DNA of 61,589 nucleotides, the filler included, from Deltaproteobacteria bacterium (lineage in GTDB: Bacteria; JAEEML01): assembly GCA_016283195.1 (NCBI GenBank). It is 7 parts of 7 records of this genome, joined end to end, with 100 filler letters (N's around TTAATTAATTAA, not from the genome) between each part and the next. Parts side by side here need not be neighbours in the genome. Positions count along the whole stretch, not along the records: positions 36,417 to 45,672 come from JAEEML010000067.1; positions 45,773 to 52,209 come from JAEEML010000070.1; 5 more parts are not named here. One strand, 5' to 3'. Positions 38,318-48,357 of this stretch are shown in pieces. A program made the position numbers and the translations under genes. Under the pieces are notes generated by a model. That model was not told the origin of the DNA. It saw only the letters and a list, made by a program, of their open reading frames with translations, and searched no databases. How positions within the stretch are numbered: the stretch's first letter is position 1; the number at the start of each line of letters is the position of its first letter.

Positions 38318-39063
38318 TTTTTTACTTCCAAATGGTTAATGCGCGAAGCCATCATAGCGGCGCCGAAGCCGTTATCAATGTTAACTGTGGCCACACCGGC
38401 AGCACAAGAGTTCAGCATGGCGAGTAGAGCCGAGAGGCCGCCGAAAGAGGCTCCGTAACCGATGCTGGTGGGTACGGCAATCACCGGAGCGGCCACCAGG
38501 CCGGTAACCACACTGGCGAGAGCCCCGTCCATACCGGCCACAACTATAATAACAGCTGCTTCCTGTAATTCGGAGAAGTGGGCCAAAAGGCGATGCAATC
38601 CGGCCACCCCCACATCGTTGAGACGCAGCACTTTATTGCCCAAAAACTGGGCTGTAAGAGCGGCCTCTTCCGTTACTTTTAAATCGCTGGTGCCGGCCGA
38701 AATCACCAAAATTGTACCATGGCCGTTTGGCCTTGGCATACCGCCGATAACCGCCAGTTCGCCTTCGGGATAATAGTGCCAGGGCAAAGTGGTTGTTATT
38801 CCGTCTGCCTTTTCGGCACTTAAATGAGTTATTAAAATATTATTTTGCCCATTTTCGGCCATGGCGGTGATAATGCCGTTTATTTGCTCCGGACTTTTGC
38901 CGCCTCCGTAAATAACTTCTCCGGCCCCGGTGCGTACTTGGCGGTGCAAATCTATCTTGGCATAGCCGAGGTCTTTATAAGGAAAACCTTTTAGTGAAAA
39001 ACGGGCCTCGTCAATTGTTAAACTGCCGCTTTTAACCTCTTCCAAAAGCTCTTTTATATCCAT
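38314..39063 (-). CDS. larB: Nickel-pincer cofactor carboxylase LarB
   Basis: AKID.HR, AGTSD, DVGVAGLHRL, VAGMDGAL, PTSIGYG, NIDNGFGAA. Confidence 0.95.
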   Translation of the reverse strand: MDIKELLEEVKSGSLTIDEARFSLKGFPYKDLGYAKIDLHRQVRTGAGEVIYGGGKSPEQINGIITAMAENGQNNILITHLSAEKADGITTTLPWHYYPEGELAVIGGMPRPNGHGTILVISAGTSDLKVTEEAALTAQFLGNKVLRLNDVGVAGLHRLLAHFSELQEAAVIIVVAGMDGALASVVTGLVAAPVIAVPTSIGYGASFGGLSALLAMLNSCAAGVATVNIDNGFGAAMMASRINHLEVKK

Positions 39064-39082
39064 GAAAAACCCTTTGTAAGCC

Positions 39083-39841
39083 TTAGTCTCTTGGCTCAAG
39101 ATCCAGTAGTACGGCCGGGAAAAATTCCTTTAAACCGCTGAGTATAGCCTCTCTGTTTTTTATAGCCAGAGCAAGCTCTTTTTTGGGTAATTGCAATCTT
39201 GCTGCCTCGTGAAAAAGGCGTAAACGCAAATTAGTAAAGCCAAGGCTTTTTAAAAAGGCTTCGCCCTGTTCCACTGCTAAAAGCTCTTCTTTGGTGATGA
39301 CTTTCCCCGTTGGAAAACGGGTGGCCAGGCAGGCGTAAGGCGGCTTATTCCAGGTAGAAAGGCCCATTTTTTTAGAATATAAGCGCACTTTTTCTTTGGT
39401 GAGGCCACATTCCTTAAGCGGCGAGCGGATGTTTAATTCTTTTAAAGCGCGCATTCCCGGGCGCTCATCTTTCTTGTCTGAGGCATTGGTGCCGTCGATG
39501 ATTAGGGAAAAGCCTTCTGCTTTTGCTGCGGCTAAAAGGCTTGTAAACATTAATTTTTTGCAAAGATAACAGCGCTCTGGCGGATTAACAGCAATTTCTT
39601 TATGTAAGAGAATATCAATTTCTATAATTTTGAGCTTGAGCGCTAAAAAGCGGCAATGCTCTCTGGCCTCTTTTAATTCAAAAGCCGGCTGAAAAGAGCT
39701 TTTTAAGTAAAACGGCTGGCAGGTGGCTCCATATTTTTTAGCTGCGTAAAGTAAAAAAGTGGAATCAGTACCGCCGGAATAGGCCAAGGCTACCTTGTTG
39801 TTTCTCTTGAAAAAGTCTTTTAAATTCAAGCAATAATCCAT
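39083..39841 (-). CDS. larE: Nickel-pincer cofactor sulfur insertase LarE
   Basis: PP-loop SGGTDS, RCYLCKK, DGTNASD..RPG, ACLATR. Confidence 0.93.
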   Translation of the reverse strand: MDYCLNLKDFFKRNNKVALAYSGGTDSTFLLYAAKKYGATCQPFYLKSSFQPAFELKEAREHCRFLALKLKIIEIDILLHKEIAVNPPERCYLCKKLMFTSLLAAAKAEGFSLIIDGTNASDKKDERPGMRALKELNIRSPLKECGLTKEKVRLYSKKMGLSTWNKPPYACLATRFPTGKVITKEELLAVEQGEAFLKSLGFTNLRLRLFHEAARLQLPKKELALAIKNREAILSGLKEFFPAVLLDLEPRD

Positions 39842-39854
39842 AATGTAACAGTTA

Positions 39855-41132
39855 TTACAAAAGACAATCAATCATGTCGGGGCCGAAAACGGGAATATGG
39901 GCGTTTTGGGCTACCTCCAGGCGTTCGGCAAAGGAATCGTCTATGAAAATAGCCTCTTTATTTTTAATATAGGCCGATTTTTTTTCTGCCTTTTCCAGCT
40001 GATGTACTTCATCAAAGAGCTCACTTAGGCGCAGTTCTTTAAGTTTTTCTTTAAGAACGCCACCTTTGTGCCGCGAGAGCAAAATGAGCTTTTTTCTTTC
40101 ATTAAGCCCTTTAAACAAAAGTGTGAGCAGAGCGGTATTGAGACGCTTTTCTTCCAAATAGAGGCAATCGTCAAAATCCACATATATTTCATTATATTTA
40201 AGCGAAAGACGATAGCGATTATCGAGGGCCCTATCAAGCTCAATATCGTAGCCGCTATTGGTTAAGACGGAAAGTGGATAACCGAAAGCATCAAAGAGCG
40301 TCATGAGGGCAAAATTAAGACCGATGGCCCGAAAAAGGCCGGAAGAACCGCCAAGGCGACTGGCTACTTCCAGCAAAGTAAGCTCGCCGGCGCTATCTTC
40401 CTTTAGCTGGAAAAACCAGGCACCGCGCATGGTTAGTGCGCCGTTTATGGCCCTAGCCATGGCTAAAAATTCCTGGTTTCGCTCTGTAGCCGGCACGGTA
40501 TTTACGCTGATGCCGTTCATGATGCGGCGGCGCCGGCGCCCCTTGGCTACCAAAAGCCGCCCCTCTTTATCGGTAAAGCAATCGACAGTATATTCCGGGC
40601 CGCTTAAATATTCGCTGAATATATAAGGCTTATTTAAGGCTTTTATAGCGCTGAGCGCGGCTTCGTTCTCTATTTTTTGGGCCCCGCGGGAGCCGTAACC
40701 AATGTCCGGCTTTGCAAAAATAGGAAAACTGACATCCTTATTTATATCAATAATTTTTGGACATTTTACCACCGCTGAAAGGGCTTTATATGTAGCGCTT
40801 TTGGAGAGGCAGACGGCGGTGGTTTTAGGCGGCGGGGCAATAACCAAAGCGCCCAAAAGGGGCTCGTTTTCTTTCGTCGCGCTGATAACGCTGTCCATAG
40901 CCGGATAGATGGCATCTATATGCTCTTTTTGCACCAGAGCGGCTATGGCCGGAATAAAGGCCGGGTCATTTACCATTGGCAGGCCGCCGATATAGTTTTC
41001 ATAGACAAATTGGCCGTGGTCGGCTACCGAGCTGGCGCCGATGAGCTCAAAATGGCGGCTTTCTTTTAGGGCCCGGTGGATTTCCAGGGCTATTTCCGAA
41101 CCGCAGGGAAAGACTAAAATGCGCTTTTTCAT
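39855..41132 (-). CDS. ATP-grasp domain protein with C-terminal HAD-like domain
   Basis: ILVFPCGSEI, KP..GYGSRG, EYL.GPEYTVD, LLEVASR; then DFDD...FIDDSF.ER. Confidence 0.85.
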   Translation of the reverse strand: MKKRILVFPCGSEIALEIHRALKESRHFELIGASSVADHGQFVYENYIGGLPMVNDPAFIPAIAALVQKEHIDAIYPAMDSVISATKENEPLLGALVIAPPPKTTAVCLSKSATYKALSAVVKCPKIIDINKDVSFPIFAKPDIGYGSRGAQKIENEAALSAIKALNKPYIFSEYLSGPEYTVDCFTDKEGRLLVAKGRRRRRIMNGISVNTVPATERNQEFLAMARAINGALTMRGAWFFQLKEDSAGELTLLEVASRLGGSSGLFRAIGLNFALMTLFDAFGYPLSVLTNSGYDIELDRALDNRYRLSLKYNEIYVDFDDCLYLEEKRLNTALLTLLFKGLNERKKLILLSRHKGGVLKEKLKELRLSELFDEVHQLEKAEKKSAYIKNKEAIFIDDSFAERLEVAQNAHIPVFGPDMIDCLL

Positions 41133-42052
41133 GCTTCATCACCGTTTATTTGCAAAACTGCCATGCCGTCTTTTAGTGGCAGGTAGAGAGTGTCGCCTTT
41201 TAAAAGATATTGCCCGGCGAGCTTCATATCGGGCCGTTTTTCCAGTAATTTTTTGAGATAATAGCAATCGATGCCCAAATTTACATGCAGAGGATAGGAA
41301 TCATTAAGACCGGTTAGCATGAGTTCCAACTCGTCCATGGTGAGCTTTTCTGGATCAATAGCTCTATCGGCAAAATTTGGCCGCCTGGCCCAAAAGGTGT
41401 GCTTTTCCGGCTGCGGCTCACCGGCGGGAATGGTGCCGCTTTTTATCATCTTGGCAAAAAGCTCGCCTCCCAGGCGGCCGCAGTGATCTATGTAATCAAT
41501 AATATGCATTTTTTCGGTAATTTGCAGTGCTGCTTGGCTGATAATGGCTCCGCGATCGGCGCGCTCGTTCATGTGATGAAGAGTTACGCCGGAGGCTTCA
41601 TAAAGCCCCTTTTTCCATATCCAGAAGAAGGGGGCTGGGCCGCGCAAGAGGGGCAGAAGCGAGGGGTGCAGATTAAGAGCGGCGCTGGGGGCCAAAGAGA
41701 GTAAATTTTGGCTAAAAAGAGTGTTAAAACCAATAGTTAAAAAAAAGCTCGGGCGCTGCCCGGCAATATGAGCCAAAACAGCCGGATTATTGACATCATG
41801 CGTTTCCAGCATATCGCAGCCCATTCTGATGGCGAGTGGACTAAGGTCATAAGGGCCGCGCGTCAGGCTGGGAATATAGCGCTCTCCGCGGGAAAACTGA
41901 AAATATTGCAAAGGGTCACGCGGCTTTTGCGGATTTTTAGGCGGCAGGCCCACCACCAGCAAAAGCGGAAATATCCCTTGCTCCAGAAGTACTTCAATAG
42001 CTCTATAAGTATAAACGGTGTGTTGTCCGAAAAGGATAAAAGGTAAGCGCAT
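41129..42052 (-). CDS. Formyltransferase-family protein (Fmt-like N-terminal domain)
   Basis: NLHPSLLP.LRGPAP and GVTLH.M...D.GAII. Confidence 0.85.
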   Translation of the reverse strand: MRLPFILFGQHTVYTYRAIEVLLEQGIFPLLLVVGLPPKNPQKPRDPLQYFQFSRGERYIPSLTRGPYDLSPLAIRMGCDMLETHDVNNPAVLAHIAGQRPSFFLTIGFNTLFSQNLLSLAPSAALNLHPSLLPLLRGPAPFFWIWKKGLYEASGVTLHHMNERADRGAIISQAALQITEKMHIIDYIDHCGRLGGELFAKMIKSGTIPAGEPQPEKHTFWARRPNFADRAIDPEKLTMDELELMLTGLNDSYPLHVNLGIDCYYLKKLLEKRPDMKLAGQYLLKGDTLYLPLKDGMAVLQINGDEA

Positions 42053-42147
42053 TGCTCCTCCGTTGCCAGCCCCTTTAGGCGAGTATCTTGTAACATTAAG
42101 AGGCGGTTAAGGGAATGGGGGAGATGGGATAAAGGCTCCCCCGGCTT

Positions 42148-45100
42148 TTATTTGTCCCCTTCATAAATGACATAAGCCGGCTTTAAGTGCGAGCGCCCAA
42201 TGCGGATGCCGTAAAGTGCGCGTTTATCCTGCGGATAGATGGGGCCGGAAGATCTGGATTCGTGAGTGTAGTAAGTACGGGCGCTTCCATAACCTTGGCC
42301 TCCCCTTAAATACATAGAATCCACGAGCTCCTGATAGCCGCCCACCATGTCATAAATGCCAAGGGAGTTGGGTTCTTTTTGCTTTATTTCATGCGGATCA
42401 TCATCGCGCCAGGCAATAGTGGCAAGATATTCCGGATATTTATCTTGATTTCTCCTGATATGATCTTTTTGCAAAATCTCTTCCATGCCGCCAAGTGAGG
42501 CATATTCCCACTCTTCCTCGGTTAAGAGGCGGTAACCATTAGCTTTTTCGTCGGCAATGCCAAAATATTCGCCCACATAATCCGGTGTGTCATAATAATA
42601 TTTGCCTTTACTATCGCGGGCTATTTTTTTATCACCTCTGTTTTTGAGCCAAATTGCCGGATCTCTTTCGCGGGAGATATCGGAATCGTAATAATATGGC
42701 GTTAGCCCTTCGGCTAAACTCAAAAGGTTACAATAAATAACCGCTTCGGCATAGCTTATATTATAAGCCGGATAATTCGGGCCCAGGCCATACTTGGCGC
42801 TAGGGCGGTAGGGCGGATTCCACTCATCGCGGGAATTTGCCTGCCCGGGGCCGGTGCCTTTGCTGGCTACGCCGTAATAAGTCATGTATTTTTCCCATTC
42901 GCCTTGGGTAACAGCATGGTCAAAAACGTAAAAATCTTTGATAGTTACTTCCTCCTTACCTTTAAAGATGGCCGACCTGCTGACTCTTTTGCTGATGGTG
43001 CCGCCCTTTACCAATATGAGGCCGTTTTGGCTTGGCCGAGCGGTTTTCACGGTAAGGGTGACATCGCTATCGGGCATAGTAAATGAGCCGTCGTCATTTA
43101 TATAGAGATTATGATCTTTCCCATCTTTCATAGCGAGGGAATTAAACTCGCAACCTTTTGGCAAAAGCACTTTTATAGTTATGTTTTCGCCTTTCACCGG
43201 CGCAGAGTTACTCAGTTCAACACGCCCACAAGTGAGCGGCTCCACTTTAATTTCCAGGCGCTTTGGCACTCTAAAGCGGGCCGATACGGTAACCGCCGAA
43301 TCAGGCATAACAAAGGAATTTGCAGTACTTAAAGAAATTTCCCGCCCGGATTCATCTCTTACTTTATAGCTTTCGAGCTCATAACCGGCCTCAGGTGCCG
43401 CTTTAAGGCGCACAATAGCGCCGCTTTTAGCCGCTTTTTGTTTAATGGTGATGGTGCCAAAGCGGGCCGGCTCCACTCTTATTGGCAGAGCTTTTGGCTT
43501 TGAAACTTTGGTGCGGGCCAGGCGGAAAGTGGGGTAAATATTGCCTCCCAGCATATTAAGCTTGTAGCGAATAGATATTTTTTGCTCATTACTTAAAGCA
43601 GATGCGCGTAAAAAGTCGCCGCGCTGCACATGGTATTCACCCTCAGCCGGCCCCTCCAGCGGAGTATCGGGGCTAATATTTTTGGCTTCGACAAATTTAT
43701 CCCACACAAGTTCGCCGCGCTGCTCATCCAGCATGCCGTAAAGGCCGTTTAAATTGGGCATGCGGGTGGTAAAATCGCTTTCAAATGTATCGGAACTGGA
43801 GAACATTTTTTGGTCGATATTTTCTATACCGTTCCAATATAAAGTCTGCGATTCCGGGATCTTACCATCATGCCCGCCTCTTAGGGCATATTCCCATTCC
43901 ACTTCGGTTGGCAGGCGGTAGCCCTCGGCACTTAGATCCATTTTGAGCATTTTATCCATGGCTCCATGCATCATGCCATCGCTTTTTCCGGGATAAACGG
44001 TGGTGTAATAACCGGCGGCATTTTTTTGCACATAAAGATCTTTTACCTCGGCCCAATCGGCGGGTTCATAGAGTTTTTGCCCATTATATTCAATATAATA
44101 GGCCGGCGCATAGCCCTCGGCAATACTGCGCTCATTGCAATAAATTATGGCATCATACCAGACTAAATTTCCGTCATCTGAGGCATATTTTTTAAAATCG
44201 GCCGGGTTTACTTTGGTTTTAGCTATATAAAAATCATTTATTTTGATTTGGCGCCCATAAATAAACATCGGCGAATATTTGGCGGCCTGGCTCACTGTGC
44301 CGCCTTTTATTAAAACCATGTCGTCTTTGCCGGTGCGCGGCGTACTTTGGAGGCTCGCGGCGCTGCCCTCTTTTTCCAGCCATTTGTTTTTAAGGTCTTC
44401 CATCTTGAGCGCGCTGACATCGGGAGTTACCGGGCCGGGCAGCTTTAAAGCTATGGTGATAGCCGGCAAAACGCCCATAATATTAGAAGTTTCTGCGCTA
44501 TCGGAGAGAACGCTGCCGTAGCGGCTGCCAATGCCTACCCGCCCGCGCCCGGTGCTGGCATAGCCCATATCGGGAGCGTGTTCGTCGTAGCCGGGAGCGC
44601 GCAAAAAGTAGTCATCGCCCACCGGATAAGTGTGCTCATGGAGCCTTCTTCTTGCGCCCATGGCGAGAGCATAATCGGTAGCAAGCCGCACTCTGGCCGG
44701 GAACTCGGTGTCCCACTTCATGGGCGGCAAATCTTTGGGCACAAAGCCGTATTCGCGGTTTTCCATCTCCATGGGGCTCAAAATAAATACTTTATCCTGC
44801 GTATTGGCGCTCCCATAATTCTTGGTGCGCTTTTTGCTGTAATCATCAATAATATAAGAAGAAGCGTCGGTATTTTTAACCAAAGCAGTAAATATTTTCT
44901 TTTGCGCCGCCTGGCTAAAAGCGCCTTGCAAAAAGCCTTTGCCTTTATAGCTGGTATTTAATTTTGTGGCCCCTTTAGCTGTCGGTATATAGTAATAATT
45001 AAGGCCATTTAAGTAGGCTCTAAGCTGGCTGTGCTGATAGCTATTTTCATATACTTTTTTGTTGCCGCCGATAGTGCGCAGCGAATAATTTTTATCTTTT

Positions 45101-45618
45101 AAATCGTTAGCCAAATCATCTTTGGCAGCGCTCATGTAGTAGGGCACGGCAGCGAGAATGGATTCGGCGAGGAGCAGCGCTTTTTGGCTGCCGTTATAAT
45201 TTTGGGTGATAACCCGCCACTTAATGGGCTCCACTTTAAAATAGGCCGTTTTACCGGCCGAAGCGGGGTAAACTGTAGAATTATCGCTATAAAAATCAAA
45301 AAAATAGGAAGTATTGTCATAAGCCGGCGCTTCCGGAGCGCTTTGCAAAATCTTGGCATACCAAAAGCCGTCGCTGCCGAGGTAATAGGTATTGCCGCCG
45401 CTAATATGCTTTTTTTTTTCATCAATAGTGACATCTATAGCTTTAATAGTTTGCGGCCAGTCGCCGAAATAGACATAGGTGCCGCTAGGGCCAGCCGTGC
45501 CGTCGGTACCCTGAGGCAAAACTTCCGGATTGCTGTGAAACTTGTATTCCGCAGCGCGGGCCAGCGGCAGAGCGGTAAAGAGCAGAAAAAAAGAGAGAAT
45601 AAAAGATTTTTGGGCCAT
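42148..45618 (-). CDS. Large secreted multidomain protein with two FGE-sulfatase (SUMF1-like) domains and two beta-sandwich repeats
   Basis: Signal peptide; YFGDWPQT/FKVEPIKWRV N-terminal domain; two GYRL.TE.EWEYA..GG...PN..G.Y.M domains; two F.MPDS.VT repeats. Confidence 0.8.
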   Translation of the reverse strand: MAQKSFILSFFLLFTALPLARAAEYKFHSNPEVLPQGTDGTAGPSGTYVYFGDWPQTIKAIDVTIDEKKKHISGGNTYYLGSDGFWYAKILQSAPEAPAYDNTSYFFDFYSDNSTVYPASAGKTAYFKVEPIKWRVITQNYNGSQKALLLAESILAAVPYYMSAAKDDLANDLKDKNYSLRTIGGNKKVYENSYQHSQLRAYLNGLNYYYIPTAKGATKLNTSYKGKGFLQGAFSQAAQKKIFTALVKNTDASSYIIDDYSKKRTKNYGSANTQDKVFILSPMEMENREYGFVPKDLPPMKWDTEFPARVRLATDYALAMGARRRLHEHTYPVGDDYFLRAPGYDEHAPDMGYASTGRGRVGIGSRYGSVLSDSAETSNIMGVLPAITIALKLPGPVTPDVSALKMEDLKNKWLEKEGSAASLQSTPRTGKDDMVLIKGGTVSQAAKYSPMFIYGRQIKINDFYIAKTKVNPADFKKYASDDGNLVWYDAIIYCNERSIAEGYAPAYYIEYNGQKLYEPADWAEVKDLYVQKNAAGYYTTVYPGKSDGMMHGAMDKMLKMDLSAEGYRLPTEVEWEYALRGGHDGKIPESQTLYWNGIENIDQKMFSSSDTFESDFTTRMPNLNGLYGMLDEQRGELVWDKFVEAKNISPDTPLEGPAEGEYHVQRGDFLRASALSNEQKISIRYKLNMLGGNIYPTFRLARTKVSKPKALPIRVEPARFGTITIKQKAAKSGAIVRLKAAPEAGYELESYKVRDESGREISLSTANSFVMPDSAVTVSARFRVPKRLEIKVEPLTCGRVELSNSAPVKGENITIKVLLPKGCEFNSLAMKDGKDHNLYINDDGSFTMPDSDVTLTVKTARPSQNGLILVKGGTISKRVSRSAIFKGKEEVTIKDFYVFDHAVTQGEWEKYMTYYGVASKGTGPGQANSRDEWNPPYRPSAKYGLGPNYPAYNISYAEAVIYCNLLSLAEGLTPYYYDSDISRERDPAIWLKNRGDKKIARDSKGKYYYDTPDYVGEYFGIADEKANGYRLLTEEEWEYASLGGMEEILQKDHIRRNQDKYPEYLATIAWRDDDPHEIKQKEPNSLGIYDMVGGYQELVDSMYLRGGQGYGSARTYYTHESRSSGPIYPQDKRALYGIRIGRSHLKPAYVIYEGDK

Positions 45619-45672
45619 GTTTTAACTCCCGTCTAAGTCCTTGGGGCGCCGTTTTAGTGCACATTTTTTCAA

Positions 45673-45772
45673 NNNNNNNNNNNNNNNNNNNNNNNNNNNN
45701 NNNNNNNNNNNNNNNNTTAATTAATTAANNNNNNNNNNNNNNNNNNNNNNNNNNNNNNNNNNNNNNNNNNNN
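45673..45772. other. Artificial contig linker
   Basis: N44-TTAATTAATTAA-N44. Confidence 0.99.
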
Positions 45773-46993
45773 AAGGGCCGGCACAATGGTATCGCGCAGG
45801 CGGTAGGGGGTGATGGGGTTAATGTAAATACGGGTACCGCCCTCAAAGCCGGCCGGCGTATTTACGCGTAATTTAATAAGAATATGGAATGGTATTTTAT
45901 CCATGGAATCTTTTGGCGTATAATACCACTCCTCATTGCAGGATATTTTGCGGCCTAAAGCGGCGTGCATAGCGTGCACTAAATCGCTCATATCTTTGAG
46001 CTCTTCTGGCAAAAGCTCGTGTGGGCGCGTCTTGGCGCTCTTGGAATAAATGGCGAGAGAGGGATAGCGGTGACCGATATCCACAAAGGCAATAGCATGG
46101 TCATTTTCGGCCACCACTCTATTGGTATGGGCAGCAAAATTCACCAATAACTCATTATAAATATTGGGATTATCCCGCACTTTGCGCGAGGCCCATTCAA
46201 GGGCGGTGCCCCACTCATCAAGGCCCACCAATTGGCGGTGCAAGTGATCGAAAGAGGCCCCGGCCGGCGAGAGCCAGTTCTGGAAGGTGGTGACATAACG
46301 CACATAGCGATTGTGGCTATAAATATCCTTCATGGCGGCAATAGTAAAATTCATATAAGCAAAGTGCTCATCAGGCGTTAAGTCACCGGAAGCAAAAAGT
46401 TCGCTCGCCGGCCCTTCCCCGGGCACAAAGTGGCGATGGCAAATAATGAGCTCATGGGTGCCGGCAAAAAAAGGATCCACCTGGTGGAGCTTTTCCTGCT
46501 CGCTGATGGCCTCTATCTCCTCCGGGCGTTTACCCGCCATTTTTAGTTTATAATCAACTATTTTTAAGACATGCTGCCGCCCGGCCGGGTCATCAAGATA
46601 GCTTCTTTTCCACTGGGCGATATTTTCGTCTAAGTGATAATTATAGTTTTTGCTCCAATAGTTTAAACTCACTATTTCAAAGAGGTTGGAAACGCGCCTA
46701 AAAACCCAGCTATTCTGCCTGGCTTCATGATAGCTAAGGCGCGGTTTCATCACATATTGACCGTTTTCCAGCACCAGGCGGTTTTTTTCCGGCGGGGTAG
46801 AGTCCAGCTGGCTGACACAAAAATCGCAATAATCTTCCGGCTCATGGCGCTCACGGGCTTCGTTATTATAGCCGGGGCGCAAGGGGCGATTATCGCGGCC
46901 GGGCACCGACCAAACCTCAGTCTCGGTAATGGGGTTTACCTGCTTGATAGTGCCGTCTTTCATGTGGATAAGATATTCGTGATATGCACTCAT
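45773..46993 (-). CDS. DUF4921-family protein (GalT/HIT-like), 3' truncated
   Basis: DGTIKQVNP..TEVWSVPGR.NRP, CDFC, TPPEK.R, FQNWL.PAGASFDHLHRQ. Confidence 0.8.
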
Positions 46994-48357
46994 GGCTCAT
47001 CGTCCTTTTTAAGGAGCTGGCTACACTCCTCTTTGAGCAGCTGGCGGACAAGTTGCAAAACATCATTAAAACCGAGCAAAGTAGCAATTTGTTCCAGCGA
47101 AAAGCGCCCCTCTTCGTCACCTATAGCGGCTCGCGCTCTTTGCAAAATAAGCGCCCAATCATCCTCGCTTAAATTTTCCGGCGCGAGCAAATGTTTAACA
47201 CTTTGCCACTTTTCTTCCAGCTCGCGAACTCTGGCTATTTCCAGCCTTAAAGTGCCGCGGGCCCTTAACATATCCATATAATAATAAGAAAGCGGCAAAT
47301 CACCGCTGAATAAAAGTTGCCGCAAGAGCAATCGCCGACGCAGTATTTGCTCTAAGTGGTTAATATGACAATTATTTTGTTTAAGCCAGTTATTTATGCC
47401 AATGGGCGAATTAATGGCGCGTTCCCGCCAAAAGAGCTGCGCTTCGGCCTCCAGTTCCGCAGGCGAAACAGTAAGATTCAGGAGCCTAGCGGCGCTCTCG
47501 GCCAGCATATCCAGCTGAGCAGAAAGCTCCCTAGCCATAAAGCCCCTACTCAGCCGGCCATATTCCAATAAGAGCCGCGGTGTGACTCCGCTGCCGCTCC
47601 CCGGTTCCAGGGAGATATCTTCACCGATTAAGCGTTCTAAATAAATAGTATCGGAAAGCACAAAATCCGGGGAGGACGGCCGGGCGGGGTTTTTCTGCCA
47701 AGATGCGGCTTTTTTTAAACATTCTATGGCATCAAGGCGCTTTCTATCCACCCCGCCGGCCGCGCAAAACTGCCTGAATTCCGGAGTTATTTCCACACCG
47801 GCAGTTTTGCCGGCAGCGAGCAGGGACGCCACAGTGCGCTCCGGGTAATAATCATTTTGCGCTATATTAAGCAGGGCGGCGGCGCTTTCTTTAGTGATAA
47901 TATTCTGCTCCAGCGCCGCCGCCAGAGTAGCCCGCACATTGACAAGCGGCCAAGAGAGTGGGCGAAAAGACTCTTCTTTGGGAGCATGGAGCACGGCCAC
48001 TTCGTCATCGCGGGTGAGCTCGCCGCTCTTATACCAATCATAAATTTGCCCCACCCCGACCATACCAAACGGGTGAAGTTCCGCTGCTCTAAGAGCGCCC
48101 ATACTGGCAGCGCCGAATATTTTAACACCTTGAGAAAGCGCAAGCAGCAGCTCTTTATGCCACACTGCCGGCACACGGTTAAAATAGCCGTCGATAATAA
48201 CGACAAGGCGCGGCTTTTGCCAGAGAAGGCCGGCTATATCACCTTGAGATACCGGCCCTAAGTAGTGGGCTTTTAATATTTTTTCGGCCTCGCCTTGCTC
48301 TAAAGAGGGCCCTAAAAAAACAAATGTGTGGTTTATAAGATCGTTATCCTGCCGCAC
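46990..48357 (-). CDS. tfuA: TfuA-like protein with C-terminal extension
   Basis: FVFLGPSL, IIDGYF..VPAVWHKE, GAASMGALRAAEL..FGM.G.G, DDEVAV.H, YYPER, KRLDA; probable GTG start overlapping ycaO stop. Confidence 0.93.
   Translation of the reverse strand: MRQDNDLINHTFVFLGPSLEQGEAEKILKAHYLGPVSQGDIAGLLWQKPRLVVIIDGYFNRVPAVWHKELLLALSQGVKIFGAASMGALRAAELHPFGMVGVGQIYDWYKSGELTRDDEVAVLHAPKEESFRPLSWPLVNVRATLAAALEQNIITKESAAALLNIAQNDYYPERTVASLLAAGKTAGVEITPEFRQFCAAGGVDRKRLDAIECLKKAASWQKNPARPSSPDFVLSDTIYLERLIGEDISLEPGSGSGVTPRLLLEYGRLSRGFMARELSAQLDMLAESAARLLNLTVSPAELEAEAQLFWRERAINSPIGINNWLKQNNCHINHLEQILRRRLLLRQLLFSGDLPLSYYYMDMLRARGTLRLEIARVRELEEKWQSVKHLLAPENLSEDDWALILQRARAAIGDEEGRFSLEQIATLLGFNDVLQLVRQLLKEECSQLLKKDDEP

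Noticed and set aside
41129-42052. Calling the formyltransferase fmt
   Set aside because: Lacks the typical Fmt N-terminal FMGTP motif and def/rsmB context; left as family-level.
42148-45618. Complete DGR around the FGE-domain gene
   Set aside because: No reverse transcriptase and no template/variable repeat pair visible; the two FGE domains are too diverged at DNA level.
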